DNA of 64,000 bases from Dictyostelium discoideum (taxonomy: Eukaryota), in NCBI GenBank assembly GCA_000004695.1, contig CM000150.2:3712001-3776000 (forward strand), in the 5' to 3' direction. Position 1 is the stretch's first letter; every line of letters begins with the position of its first letter. Positions 18,330 to 30,851 of the stretch are shown piece after piece. Below the pieces are notes generated by a model. It was given only the letters and a program-made list of their open reading frames with translations. It was not told where the DNA came from and made no database searches. The position numbers were made by a program, and so were the translations under genes.

Positions 18330-18930
18330 ATAAAAAATGGTAAACTCTTGACCAACAAAAAAGCAAAAGACTCGACCAAATTTAATGTTGTATTCTCTTG
18401 GATTAGAACCTGTATAGATAACTTATTATATTTAATTAATGAAAATGAAGAACTTAAAGAAAAACGTACTAAAGATAAACATATAATTTGGGTAGGTGTT
18501 TAATATTAAATTAATAACATTATTTTTTTTTATTTTTTTTTGTGTTAGACTCTCTTATATTGGAAACAATATCTTCCAATTAATGAGATATGTGTTACTT
18601 TTGGTATTAGTCCAAAAACATTTCAAAATCACTATAGTCAAACCATTGAGTTGTATGCAAGGAAATAATGGAAAGAGATATGATAAACTTGTTGGATCAG
18701 TTAGTTTTTTAAAACATCCTATATCTAATGTGCTTTATCGTGCAATTGCTGCTGACTCTACATCTATTGATATTGAAACTCCCGCTGATTACCAAATCCA
18801 AAAAAAATACTATTCTGGTAAAAGCAAAAGTCATGTGGTCAAATTATTCGTAAACATGATAGTTTTCCAATCTTGGGTAATTATTTTAAATAACCTCGCT
18901 ACCTCTTACTTTAATACTTTGTTATTTTAT
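18330..18930 (+). mobile_element. Decayed Harbinger/PIF-like (DDE_Tnp_4, HARBI1-like) transposase remnant
   Basis: The six-frame ORF 18496..19044 and the upstream in-frame stretch translate to ...NGKRYDKLVGSVSFLKHPISNVLYRAIAADSTSIDIETPADYQIQKKYYSGKSKSHVVKLFVNMIVFQSW. This aligns with the Harbinger core (G)AIDGTHI.I..P.......Y.NRKG.HS.N.Q.V.D, but the DGTH catalytic motif has degenerated to DSTS, and the ORF runs into poly-Y/F/I low complexity, so it is truncated. It lies in the spacer between the inverted aminopeptidase duplicates. Confidence 0.4.
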
Positions 18931-19262
18931 TATTATTATTATTTTTTTTTTTTTATTATTATAATAATTATATATTATTGGTATTTTTTATTTATAAAAA
19001 TTAAAATCTGGGCAATAAAAAAAAAAAATAAAAAAAAAAAATAAAATAAATAAAAAAAAATAAAAAAATTTTTATTTTTTTTTTTGTGATCATCAATTTA
19101 ATTTGTTTTAATTTATTTTATTTTTTTTAATTTTTTTTTTTTTAATTTTTTTTTTTTTAATTTTTTAAAATGAAAAAAATAAATTTAATTTCGATTATTA
19201 TTTTTATAATTTCACTTGTTTATTTTAATTTTATACATATAAATAATAATATAGTTGAAAAA

Positions 19263-20170
19263 ATGTGTGATCATAAACATTTAGTTGACAAAGTAGATAG
19301 ATTAGTATTACCAGATAATATCGTACCAAGTAAATACGATTTACATCTTAGACCAAATTTAAAGGATTTTGTATTCAGCGGCAAAGTTGACATTACAATC
19401 AATATTGTTAAACCAACCAAAAAAATCATTATCCATTCAATTGACATTGAAATTCAATCAGTAAAGATCTTAAATCAACAAGCTACTTCCGTTACCTACT
19501 ATGAACCAGAAGAAGTTGCAATTTTAGAATTCCAAGATGAATTACCAGTTACAGAAAATACAATTCTCTCCATTGATTTCACTGGTATTTTAAATGACAA
19601 ATTAAAAGGTTTCTATCGTTCAAAATATGTTGTCAATGGTGAAGATCGTTATATTGGTACCACTCAATTCGAAGCCACTGATGCTCGTCGTGCTTTCCCA
19701 TGTTTTGATGAACCTGCTTTAAAATCTTTCTTTAATATTAAAATCACTATTTCATCTCATTTAACTGCTCTTTCAAATATGGATACAACTTCTGTAATTG
19801 AAAATAATGATGGTACTAAAACCTTTATGTAAGTGTATTATATATATTATATTGAGAAAAAAAAAAAAAAAAAAGTACTAATTTTTTTTTTTTTCTTTAT
19901 TTTTTTTTTTAAAATTAAAAGTTTTGAACAAACTCCAAAGATGAGTACTTATATTGTTGCATTTATAGTTGGTGAATTCGATCATATTGAGTCACATACT
20001 AAAGAAGGTATTAGAGTTAGAGTTTACAAATGTGTTGGTAATAAAGAATCAAGTGAATTTGCTTTAGATGTTGCCACCAAATCATTATCTTATTTCATTG
20101 ATTACTTTGGTATTCCATATCCATTAAATAAATGTGATCACATTGCCATTCCAGTACGTATTTTTTATTA

Positions 20171-20229
<59 letters not shown>

Positions 20230-22083
20230 TAATCATATTCTTCTTAATAATAATATGTTAATTCCTTTAATAATATATAATGATACCATTACCAATCACC
20301 ATCACCATAGGACTTCTCCTTTGGAGCTATGGAAAACTGGGGTTTAATTACTTATCGTGAATCAATTTTATTAACATCAGATAAAACTACTCTTCGTACT
20401 AAACAAAGAATTGCTAATGTAATTGGTCATGAATTAGCACATCAATGGTTTGGTAATTTAGTAACAATGGAATGGTGGAGTCAATTATGGTTAAATGAAG
20501 GTTTTGCAACATTTATGGGATATTTATCAACTCATCATTTATTCCCAGAATGGGAAGTTTGGAATGATTTCTCTGATTGTTATAGAAATGGTGCACTTCG
20601 TTTAGATGCTTTAGAGAATTCACATGCAATTGAAGTACCAGTACGTCTTTCGTCTCAAATTTCAGAAATTTTTGATGCCATTTCTTATAACAAAGGTTCA
20701 TGTGTAATTCAAATGTTAGAGAGTCGTTTCGGTGAATCATTTAGAAAAGGTCTTCATCATTATTTGGATACTCATTCCTATAAGAATACCAATACCGATG
20801 ATCTTTGGGCTTCAATTTCATTGATTAGTGGTGTTGATGTTAAATCATTCATTGATTCATTCACAAAGTATCCAGGTTATCCAGTAGTTTCATTCACTCC
20901 AACTTCAACTGAAGGTACCTTTGAATTATCTCAAAAGAAATTTAGATTACAAGGTTCTGAGAAATCTGATGATCCAATTTGGAATTGTTTCATTAGATTC
21001 CAAACTGGTAATGCTGGTCAACATGAATTCATCTTGGAGAAGAAATCCGATACCGTAACAATTCCAAACTTTAAAAATGGTGATTGGATTAAACCAAACT
21101 ATGGTCAAACTGGTTATTTCCGTATTGCCTACTCACCTGAAACTATCAAAGCATTGGTTCCAAAGATTAAATCAATGGAAATTCCAACTCCAGATCGTTT
21201 AGGTTTATTATCAGATGTTTTCAATCTTTGCAAGGCACACACTTCTTCCATCTCTGCCTATATGGATTTAGTTTTGGCTTTTGAAGATGAAAAGGAAAGT
21301 AATGTTTGGGATTTCATTATCGATAGTCTTGGTTCTATTCAAACTTTAATTGAAGATCAACCATACTCAAGTAGATTCAATGAAATCTTTGTTCAACTTT
21401 TGAAACCACTTTCAAAACGTTTAGGTTTCGAGCCAACCAAAGGTGAACCATCTTCAGATACCTTGTTAAGAGATAAAGTAAACACTAAATTGGGTATGTT
21501 GGGTGATGCTGATATCGTTGCTGAATGTAAGAAAAGATTCGAAGCTTTCAAAGCAGACTCTTCAAGTTTACCATCAGATATTCGTTCTACAGTACTTGCT
21601 ACAATCGTAAAGAATGGTGGTGAAGCTGATCAACAAATCATCATTGATCAATATCTTAAATCTTCTTTAGTCGCTGAAAAGAATTCTTACCTTTTGGTAC
21701 TTGCTTTGGCTCCAAAAGAGGAATTGGTTGAAAAAGCCCTCAATTTCGCTTTATCTCCATCCGTTAGAAGTCAAGATAGTTATATGGTTTTCTTTACCCT
21801 CCCAAATCGTGTTCGTCAATTCGCTTGGGCTTACCTCACCAAAAACTTTAATCAAATCAACGAAACATTTAAAAACTCTCCTTTGTTTGGTCGTATCATT
21901 GGTAGTTGTCTCACCTCTAAAATGGATGATTCTCAATACAATGAAGTCGTCAACTTTTTCAAAGATCATCCAGTTCCAATTGCTGATCGTTCAATTAAAC
22001 AAGATTTAGAAATGGTTACAATTAATTCAAATTGGTTCAAAGCTTTTAATCAAGATTTATCAAATTGGATTCAATCAAAATAA
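19263..22083 (+). CDS. M1-family zinc aminopeptidase (puromycin-sensitive aminopeptidase-like), about 856 aa
   Basis: Three exons: 19263..19828 (donor GTAAGT), 19922..20153 (donor GTACGT) and 20311..22083; total 2571 nt. Motifs: GFYRS, FEATDARRAFPCFDEP, MSTYIVAFIVGEF, the GAMENWGLITYRE exopeptidase motif, and the HELAHQWFGNLVTMEWW...LWLNEGFA zinc-binding site (HEXXH-18-E). There is an alternative in-frame upstream start codon at 19170 (MKKINLISIIIFIISLVYFNF...) that would add a hydrophobic N-terminus; which start is used is unresolved. Confidence 0.85.
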
Positions 22084-22306
22084 AAATAAAATCTCTTACA
22101 ATGAAAGATCTTTGTTTTAATAATTGATAGTGATAAAAAAAAATGAGACGAAAACTAAAATAAACATCAAATTATTGTTTTCCTTTTTAAAACACAAATT
22201 TTATTTTTTTAAATTTATTGTTTTGGTTAAAAAAAAAATTGCTTTTTTTTTTTGTTTTTGCGTTCATCCAGAAGTATAGATTTATTTTTGGTAACATATG
22301 AATGTA

Positions 22307-22341
<35 letters not shown>

Positions 22342-22476
22342 TTATTCATTTATAAAAAAAAAAAAAATAATATTTAAAAAATGAAAAATTTTATGTTTTT
22401 TTTTTTTTTTGTGCAACAATTCTGTTTTTTAGGACTTGTTTCGTTAAATTAAAAAATAATATAAAAAAATTAGAAA

Positions 22477-22916
22477 ATGAGTGAAAATAATAAAAATAAT
22501 AATGATAATGTAAAACCATTAAATGAAATGACAAAAGAGGAAAGAACCAATTATAGTTTAAGAAGAGCACCTGATTATCATGGTAAAGAGGAAAGTGTTT
22601 TAAATAGCTCAAGAACTAAATGTTGGGAAGCAAGAGATAAATATTTTAAATGTTTAGATGATAATAAAGAAGATGATTCAAAATGTAAAGCATTTTATAA
22701 TGAATTAAATAATTCATGTTTAAAGAGTTGGGTAAGAATTTTTTTCAATTTTTAAAATATAAAAAGTTAATCTTTTTATTAAAATAAATAAATCTCAAAA
22801 TCAATTACTAATCTTTTTTTTTTTTTTCTTTTTTTTTGTATCAATACAAAATAACAGAGCGAATATTTTATTAAAAAAAGAATATCAGATAAAAATAAAG
22901 AAGCATTTTTAAATAG
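22477..22916 (+). CDS. Cytochrome c oxidase assembly factor 6 (COA6) homologue, a twin Cx9C/Cx10C CHCH protein of about 107 aa
   Basis: Exons 22477..22731 (donor GTAAGA) and 22848..22916 (acceptor AACAG). The peptide ...CWEARDKYFKCLDDNKEDDSKCKAFYNELNNSCLKSW/SEYFIKKRISDKNKEAFLNRKD* matches the COA6 core CWGARDEYWKCLDEN...CKKLRSSFESSCPQQWIKYFDKRR. Confidence 0.7.
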
Positions 22917-23333
22917 AAAAGATTAAATATAAAAAAGTATAATATAATATAATATAAAATAAAAAAAAAAAAAAGATCAACCACAACTTTTAGTGGTTTT
23001 TAAACATGTAATTATTTCAAAAATTTATTTATTTATTTATTTATTTATTCTTTTTTTTATTTATTAAGTTGAATTTGTAATTTAGGTTATTTTGAATAAA
23101 ATTATTATAAAGTTTCAAGTTTACAAATGTATATTTGTGATATATAATAGATTATGTTTTTTAAATTGATCAATCCAGATTTTAATTTTTGGGGGTATGA
23201 TTTTTGGGAGGGGGGTATTTTTTTTTTCGAAAAAGATATTATTTTTTTTTTTTAATCAAATTTATTATTATAATAATTATTAATTAAAATTTTTAAATAA
23301 TAATTTATAATTATAATTTTTTTTTTAATTAAT

Positions 23334-23939
23334 TTACATTATTATACAATTTTTTTTAAATTTTTTATTATTTTTCTTTTTTTCTTTTGATTGACATTTT
23401 TGATGAGCTTCACAAGCGTCAATTGCTTTTTCAAATACTAAATGTAAATTCTTTTGTGTTAGTGCACTACATTCCACAAAATCAAATGCATTAATTTTCT
23501 TTGAAAGTTCAATACCTTGTTGAGTTGAAATTGGTAATTGTTTTTTTTCACATAGTCTATCCAGTATAACTGAATTTGATTTTAAATCCATTTGAGTACC
23601 AACTAAAACTATTGGAGTATTTGGACAATTTTCATTTAATTCTTGTACCCATGAATCTAAAATATTTGAAAATGATGATGGATTTATAAGTGAAAAACAT
23701 AATAAAAATACATCAGTTTGAGGATAACTTAACCTTCTTAATTTACTAAACTCTTCTTGACCTGCAGTATCCCACAATGATAAATTATATGGTTTTTTAT
23801 TATGCATTAATAAAGTTGAATAGTTATCAAATACTGTTGGTTGATATTCATTTGAAATTGAATTTGATGTATAACTTAATAACATTGATGTTTTACCAAT
23901 TCCACCTTCGCCAACAACACAAACTTTAATACTTTTCAT
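23334..23939 (-). CDS. Rho/Rac-family small GTPase (201 aa) with a C-terminal CaaX box (CIIM)
   Basis: A single exon. The peptide [24 protein letters not shown]...WDTAGQEEF...LVGTQMDL...ECSALTQ... has a polybasic stretch before CIIM. The P-loop reads GEGGIGKT rather than the usual GDGAVGKT, so it is a divergent Rac paralogue. Confidence 0.85.
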
Positions 23940-24783
23940 TTTTTAATCGATTAATTATTTTACTATAATAAATAAAATAAAAATAATAATAAATATAAAA
24001 TAAATTTGTTTATTTATTTATTTATTTATTATTTTTTTATTTTTTGTAAAAAAAAAAAAAAAATAATAACAAAATTATTTTATTAATAATTTAAAAACAA
24101 TTAATTAAAATTTTAATATAAAATAATTTTAAAAAAATAAAATAAAATAAAAAAAAACAAATAATAAAATAAAAAAAAAAATAATTACATTTTAAAAATG
24201 TGGGGGTATTTATTATTTATTTGTTTTTATTAAATTTTCCAAATTAACAATAAAATTAATATCACAACTAATTTATAGTAATTTATTTTATCTCTTTTTA
24301 TTTATTTTGATAATATGATTATATTAAATTTTTTTTATTTTATTTTTTTATTCCAAAAATTATTCTTTTTTTTTTTTTTTTTATTATTTAAACACACACA
24401 ATATTTCTCTGAAAAAAATTCAAACACAATAAATTTGAAATATTTGTTTTTTTTTTTTTTACCATTCAACTTTACACCAACTTCAAAAATTTGTTTTTTT
24501 TAACTTCCTTTAGCAAACACATAACTGAGTAGTCTTTTTTATTTTTAACTTTAATTTATAATAATAAAAATAAAAAAAAAAATAAAAAAAAAATAAAAAA
24601 ATAAAAATAAAAATAAAAATAAAAATAAAAATAAAAAAAAAATAAAAGGATACAATATAGAATTACATTTATACAAAAAGTTTATTATTACTATAATTTT
24701 ATTTATTTTTTTTTTTTCTTTTTTTTCTATCGCTTTTTTTTTTTTTTTTATTAATATTATTATTTACTATTAAAATTTGAATT

Positions 24784-25308
24784 TTATGAACAAGTTGATT
24801 TTTCAGAATTATTTGAAGGCATTGGTTTACCACAACCACCACCACAACAAGTAGTTGGTTGTTCATCATCAATTTGAATCTTTCCTCTCTTTTTTCTTTG
24901 TGGTGGTTGATCATTTACAAATTCATATTGTTGGTATGACTTTGTATTTTCATCAAATTTAAGTTCTAAATTTATTATAAAGTAAAATAAACATTAATAT
25001 AATGTTTGGGTTTTTTTTTTTTTTTTTTTATTTTTATTCTTCTAAACTAATTTAAAAAAAAACATACGAATGGTTTTTTCATCTTTTCTAACACCTTGAA
25101 TTAAATCTTTAACTAAAAAATGAGAGACAGCATTTGCATGATCTATCATTTCATTAATTTTTGTATTATCTGTTTCATTTTTATTATCTCTAAATTGAAC
25201 TCTTGTTAAATTGATTACATGTTCAAGTGCTCTTTTATCATTTTGAAATACCTTTTTCTCTGTTCTTAATAAACCTAAATAGCTAGATAAAACTTTTGCT
25301 CTATTCAT
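24784..25308 (-). CDS. LYR-motif protein 7 (LYRM7/MZM1 homologue; a complex III Rieske-protein assembly chaperone), about 140 aa
   Basis: Exons 25308..25068 (donor GTATGT, phase 1) and 24965..24784 (acceptor TTTAG). The peptide MNRAKVLSSYLGLLRTEKKVFQNDKRALEHVINLTRVQFRDNKNETDNTKINEMIDHANAVSHFLVKDLIQGVRKDEKTIR... aligns with human LYRM7 ([69 protein letters not shown]). The phase of the second exon is less certain. Confidence 0.6.
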
Positions 25309-25737
25309 TATTACAATAATATACTTTCGGCTGTTTTTTTTTTGAAAATGAAAAAAAATAAAAAAAAAAATTAAAAAAAATTTAAATATTGAAATAAAAA
25401 AAAAAAATAAAATAAAAAATAAAATTAAAAAAAACAAAAAATCCAATTTTCCCATTTTTAGGATGATTTTTATTTTCATTTTTAAAAAAGATAATTTTCT
25501 TAATTCGAAATAAAAAAAACAAATAAAATAAAATAAAATAAAATTACCCTTACACAATAAAAAAATATAAGATTAGATAAAATAAAATAAAAAAAAACAA
25601 CAAATAAATCAAATTTCCCATTTTAAGGAAATGATTTTTATTTTTATTTTTATTTTTATTTTTATTCAAAACAAATGATTTTCATTTGAAAAAAAATGAA
25701 AAAAATAAAAAAAAAAAAATAATAATAAAAATTATTA

Positions 25738-27165
25738 TTAATTATTATTAGAAAAAACTAAATTACCTTTTTTAAATACATGGGAAATTGGTGGATCAAC
25801 CATTTCATAAATGATATGTTCCCATTTATCAGCAGATAATATAACAAAATCAGCAAATTTACCAACTTCTAGTGAACCATGAGTTGAAGATTTATTGATT
25901 GAGGCAGCAGCATTTAAGGTGGCAGCAACTAAAGATTCGTTCATATTCATTTTCATGAGTACACACGCTAAATTCATAACAAAAGGCATTGATAAACAAT
26001 GAGCATTTGGATTGAAATCACTTCCCAATGCGACTGGTACACCTAATTCAATCATTCTTCTAGCGGGTGGACATTCCAATCTTAAGATGTAAGCTGTGGT
26101 TGGTAAAAGTACAGCAAAGGTTGGAGTGGCAGCCATTGCCTTCATACCATCTTCACTAACCTTCTCAAGATGACTAATTGCCCTGCAACCCAACTCACCT
26201 GCCAATTCACCAGATTTCATATAGGATAATTCATCGCCATGGAAATTGCACTCCAATCCAATATCTTTACCAGCTTGAAGGATACGTTTAGTGTCTTCAT
26301 ACTCAAAGAAACCTTTCTCAAGGAAGACATCGATATTAGCTGGCGATATTTCCCCAGCGTCTTTTAATCTCTTCAATTCTGGTATCTGTTTATTGATGAT
26401 GTCGTCGGTGGCCTCGGATGCATTCATACCCTTTGGGATTGCATGGCCGCCTAAATAGGTGGACACGATTTCAACACCTTGAAATTGTTTAGATGCTCTA
26501 TCTAACACTTTCAACATTTTCATCTCGGTTTCAGTCTCTAATCCATACCCACTCTTTGCTTCAATCAATGTTGTACCATTCTTTAACATTCTATTCAATC
26601 TTGGTATTAAAAGTTGATAAAGTTCATCCTCTGTACTATTTTTAGTATGTGAAATAGTGAATTGAATACCACCACCTGCTTTATGAACATCTAAATAGGT
26701 TGCTCCTGCTAATTTCATTGCAAATTCATGAACACGATCACCACTAAATACTGGATGTGTATGTCCATCAACAAATCCTGGTAATACAGATTTTCCTGTA
26801 CAATCTAAAACTTTTTCAAAACTTTTATCTTTATATTTCTCTTCCATTTCTTTAAATGTACCAATATCAAAAATAATACCATTTTCATCAATAATCATTG
26901 TACCATTTTCAATAATTTCAATCTAAAAATTTTAGATTTAATTGAAAATAATAATAATAATAATAATAATAATTTATTATAGTAGTAAAAAAAATTAATA
27001 AATTGGTTTTTTTTTTTTTAAATTTTTTTTTTTTTTTTTTATATTTATATTTATATTTATTTATCATACATTACTCATTTCTTTACCAATTAAAAATGGT
27101 TTACCTTTTGAAATCACAACTAATTGTGATGCATTTGAAATTTTTAATTTAAAATCGAATCCCAT
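25738..27165 (-). CDS. hutI: Imidazolonepropionase (HutI / AMDHD1-like amidohydrolase; the third step of histidine degradation), about 426 aa
   Basis: Exons 27165..27070 (MGFDFKLKISNASQLVVISKGKPFLIGKEMSN, donor GTATGA) and 26922..25738. Motifs: PGFVDGHTHPVF, AGGGIQFT, HGDELS, and the C-terminal GSDFNPN...VFKKGNLV. Confidence 0.85.
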
Positions 27166-27249
27166 TTTTTTAAATTTATCTGTTTAGTTGTTTAAATGAA
27201 AATTAGAAAAAAAAATGAAAATGAAAATTTAAAAAAAAAAAAAACAAAA

Positions 27250-27289
<40 letters not shown>

Positions 27290-27426
27290 ATAGAAAAATA
27301 AAGTAAAAAAAAAAAAGTTACCAAAACAAATAATTCCACATAAAATTACATTTCACCACATTTTTGCAGAAATTTTATATGCAGCCAATCTTTTTAAAAA
27401 TATTTAATAAATCTTTCTTAATTTTT

Positions 27427-27466
<40 letters not shown>

Positions 27467-27519
27467 CAATGATTTAATTTTATTTATTTTTAATATGGAT
27501 TTAGTATAGATAAATAGAA

Positions 27520-28260
27520 CACTCAAAAATACACAAAATGATATAATAATGGTATTAAAATGTGAAATTTTCTTTGCTGTGATAAAAAATAATAAAAAAA
27601 AGTATGACCTATTAATTTTTATTATTGTTTTTTAAATAAACCTTAAGCTGTACTTATTAAGAAAGGCTGTTCCAGTGCTGTTTTTCGGCTAAATTTAATT
27701 CTCTTCTTTTTAGGTAGGTTACCAAAATCCTATTCTTTTACTTTTTTTTAAAAAATATACTATTGAATATTGTATTGGTAGATTAATAATACAGCACAGC
27801 AAAGAAAATCCAGCATTAAAATGACATTTAAAATAAAATGTAATTTAAATGATATTTTTAATATCATTTAAATACCATTAAAAATTAAATGATATTTTTA
27901 ATATCATTTAAATACCATTAAAAATCAAATGTCATTTAAATTTTATTTAAATGATATTATAATTAATAATATAGTTAAAATATAATTAGTAATATAATTA
28001 ATAATATAATTTAAATTACATTTACCATTAAAATGATCATTAAAATGAAAATTAATATTAATATTTTAAATGATATTATATTGTTAATTTTTATATAATT
28101 TAAAATTTAATTAGTAATAAAATTAATAATATAATTTAAATTACATTTACCATTAAAATGACAATTAAAATGAAATTTTAAGGGAAATTTAAAGTTAAAT
28201 TAAAAATTTCATTATTAAGAATATTTAAATGTTAACAAATTTGTTCTAAATTGTTTCATT
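27520..28260. repeat. Copy of an unnamed interspersed repeat with internal direct sub-repeats; the same element occurs inverted at 45790-46740
   Basis: The block 27600-27830 (gtatgacctattaattttt...ggctgttccagtgctgttt...ggtaggttaccaaaatcctattctttt...cagcacagcaaagaaaatccagcattaaaatgacatttaaaataaaatgtaatttaaatgatat...) is the reverse complement of 46240-46420 and 46640-46720. Internal sub-repeats (aaatgatatttttaatatcatttaaataccattaaaaat, twice) are shared. Confidence 0.7.
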
Positions 28261-28689
28261 TAGTTTAAATTTTTTTCCACTAAAAATAATATAAATATAA
28301 TTAAAACAGATAACGAATTCATTCAATGTGAAGTTAGGAAAATAAAAAAAAAAAAATAAAAAAATAAAAAAATAGTATTGAATTAAAAACAAATTAAAGT
28401 TTTCCATATCCATGAAAAATTAAAATAGTTTTATATTTTTATTTATTTTTTTTTTCTTAATATCTATGATGCAAGGAATTGGAATTTTTAAGAAACATTT
28501 AGAATAAAATCACCAACAGGGAATTTTGGTCAAACTTTAAATTTTTTTTTTTTTTTTTTTTTTTTGTAAATGGTAAAATCCATATCACTTCCAATTAAAG
28601 ATTAATTAAAGTTATTAACTTTTAATAATTATTTTTTAAAATTTTAAATAAAAAAAAGTAATTTATATACATATATTTTATTAATAATA

Positions 28690-28757
<68 letters not shown>

Positions 28758-28758
<1 letters not shown>

Positions 28759-30851
28759 TAAGCTTGAGATTGTTTATCATCATTATTATTATGATTATTT
28801 AATATTGAAGATGGTTGTTTATCTATTGAAGATGACTCAATTTCATTTGAGTTTGAATTTGAGTTTGATTGATCAATCTTTTTTAAAGAGATTGATTGAC
28901 CTCTTGTTTTTCTAGTTTCCCTTGTTTTTTCTCCACTTGATCCTGATGAATTTGATGAAGTACTTGATTTTTTACTTGGTACTGGAGTATTTCCCCATTT
29001 GATACCAACTAAATGTAATAAATAGTTGAATCTTTCAGACTCTCTATAAATAGTTGCAATATGAGGATCAATACCTAACCCAAATAAAAGAAGTATACCA
29101 ATAATTGACATACAAAAAGCATTCATATATCTAAGACCAAATCTTGAAAATTGAATTCTTGGACATTGATCATTTCCTTTTTCTAATAAACAATATACCC
29201 ATTTTTCAATTGCATCATAAAATACTTCACCATTATACGATACATATAATGGATACATTGATGTAAATGAAATACAAAATAAAATTACTAATAAAAATGT
29301 AACTGATCTTAACTTTAATAAATAAATAAAATTAATAAAAATTAATAATTCTATATATATAATACACAAAAATTTTAATTTAAAATTAATACTTACATTT
29401 AAAAATAAAATTCTTCTATCATTTATTGATTTAAATAAAACAGTCATTTTAAATACTTTATATATTGATGATGTAATAAAAATAACCATTAAAAATGTTA
29501 CAATATATGCTGGTACTATAATTATAATTTTTTAAAAAAATTTAAAAATTTTAGTAATGTTAATTTAATTTTAAAAAATAAATAATTAATACATACTATA
29601 AAAACAAAAATATAACCAAAACCTATTATTATATTCACCAATCCAACAACCTGCACTATCAATAGTAGATTCATAATGTTTTATTGGTAATAAAGCAAAG
29701 AAAAAAATTAATGCCCAAACTCCAATTGATGTTTGTAAAAAGTATTTATTTGTTTCTAAAATTAAAAAAAATAAAAAAAATAAAAAAAAAATTAGATAAT
29801 TATTAATTTACTATTATTTTTATTAATTTTTAAAAAATTTATACTTACTCATATTAATAGTTAAAAAGAAATCAAATGAATAAAGTGATAACATAAATAT
29901 AGTACCTAAACCACCCATTTGAAAAAAAAAACCAGTTAACATACAATTACCATCTTGACTACTACGATATCTACCAGGTTGTGATGAACATCTAAAATCA
30001 CCATTACCATATTGTTGAGTTGCATAACTTGCACATAATGCTAAAACTGTAAATCCCAAATAAATGATAATCCAACTACGATGTGTAATTTTATTTTGAA
30101 TTAAACCAAATGTAAGAATTAAATAAACTGCAATTGTTGCAGATACACAATAAAATACAACTTCAGTATAAAATTTTGCATCATATTGTTTGTCTGTATA
30201 AACATATAATGGACAAGGTAAAACACAATTTGGCATTACTTCATGAAACTTTTCACCATTTTTTATATCATCTGTTGAAACATAAACCAATGGATAAACA
30301 CATGAAACTGTGGTATTGGTTGATCCTTGATTTGGATTTGAACATTGAATTGATTGATTTGAAGAACCACCATAACTTGTTAAATTATAATAATTCTCTG
30401 TAATTGGGTAAAGATCCTTACCATCGGTATCATTTTGTTGACATGAAAAACCTTGGAAAAATGAAAGAAAAGGTACACATGTTTCTAAAACTTTAAAACA
30501 ATTCTTTTGACATGGATTCGATGGTAAAGGGAATGAAATACCATTTATATTACTATTACATTCTCTATAGGTTGAAATACAAAATAATTTAATTATATTC
30601 TCTTTACAAATTAAATCTGGAATTGCACTAAATCCCATTGGATTTGTTAAAGTTGCTGTAACATTTGCTTCAATAATTTCTTGAGTATATCCATATGGTA
30701 AATAAATATTTTTATAACCTAAATAATTTGAACACATTGAAATTGGATTTAATATTTCACATTTTGATCCAATATCTAAACTATTTACAAATAATTTTTT
30801 TAAAAAAAAAAATTTTAAAAAAATTAAAAGAATTTTCATTTTCATTTTCAT
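28758..30851 (-). CDS. Frizzled/smoothened-like 7TM receptor (Fsl family): signal peptide, Frizzled-type cysteine-rich domain, seven transmembrane helices and a Ser-rich cytoplasmic tail; about 611 aa
   Basis: Four exons on the minus strand: 30851..29849 (donor GTAAGT), 29755..29597 (donor GTATGT), 29515..29397 (donor GTAAGT), and approximately 29312..28758. The last acceptor is uncertain by one nucleotide: the six-frame track reads through this 84-85-nt intron in frame, whereas my own count of the printed bases gives 85. The cysteine-rich domain is [16 protein letters not shown]...[22 protein letters not shown]...[16 protein letters not shown]...FSC; seven hydrophobic helices follow. Confidence 0.7.

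Noticed and set aside
29300-29400. A possible frameshift in the frizzled-like gene at its third intron
   Set aside because: My base-by-base count of the printed sequence gives an 85-nt intron. The supplied six-frame track reads through it in frame, which implies 84 nt. I attribute the one-nucleotide discrepancy to my own counting and have not called a pseudogene.
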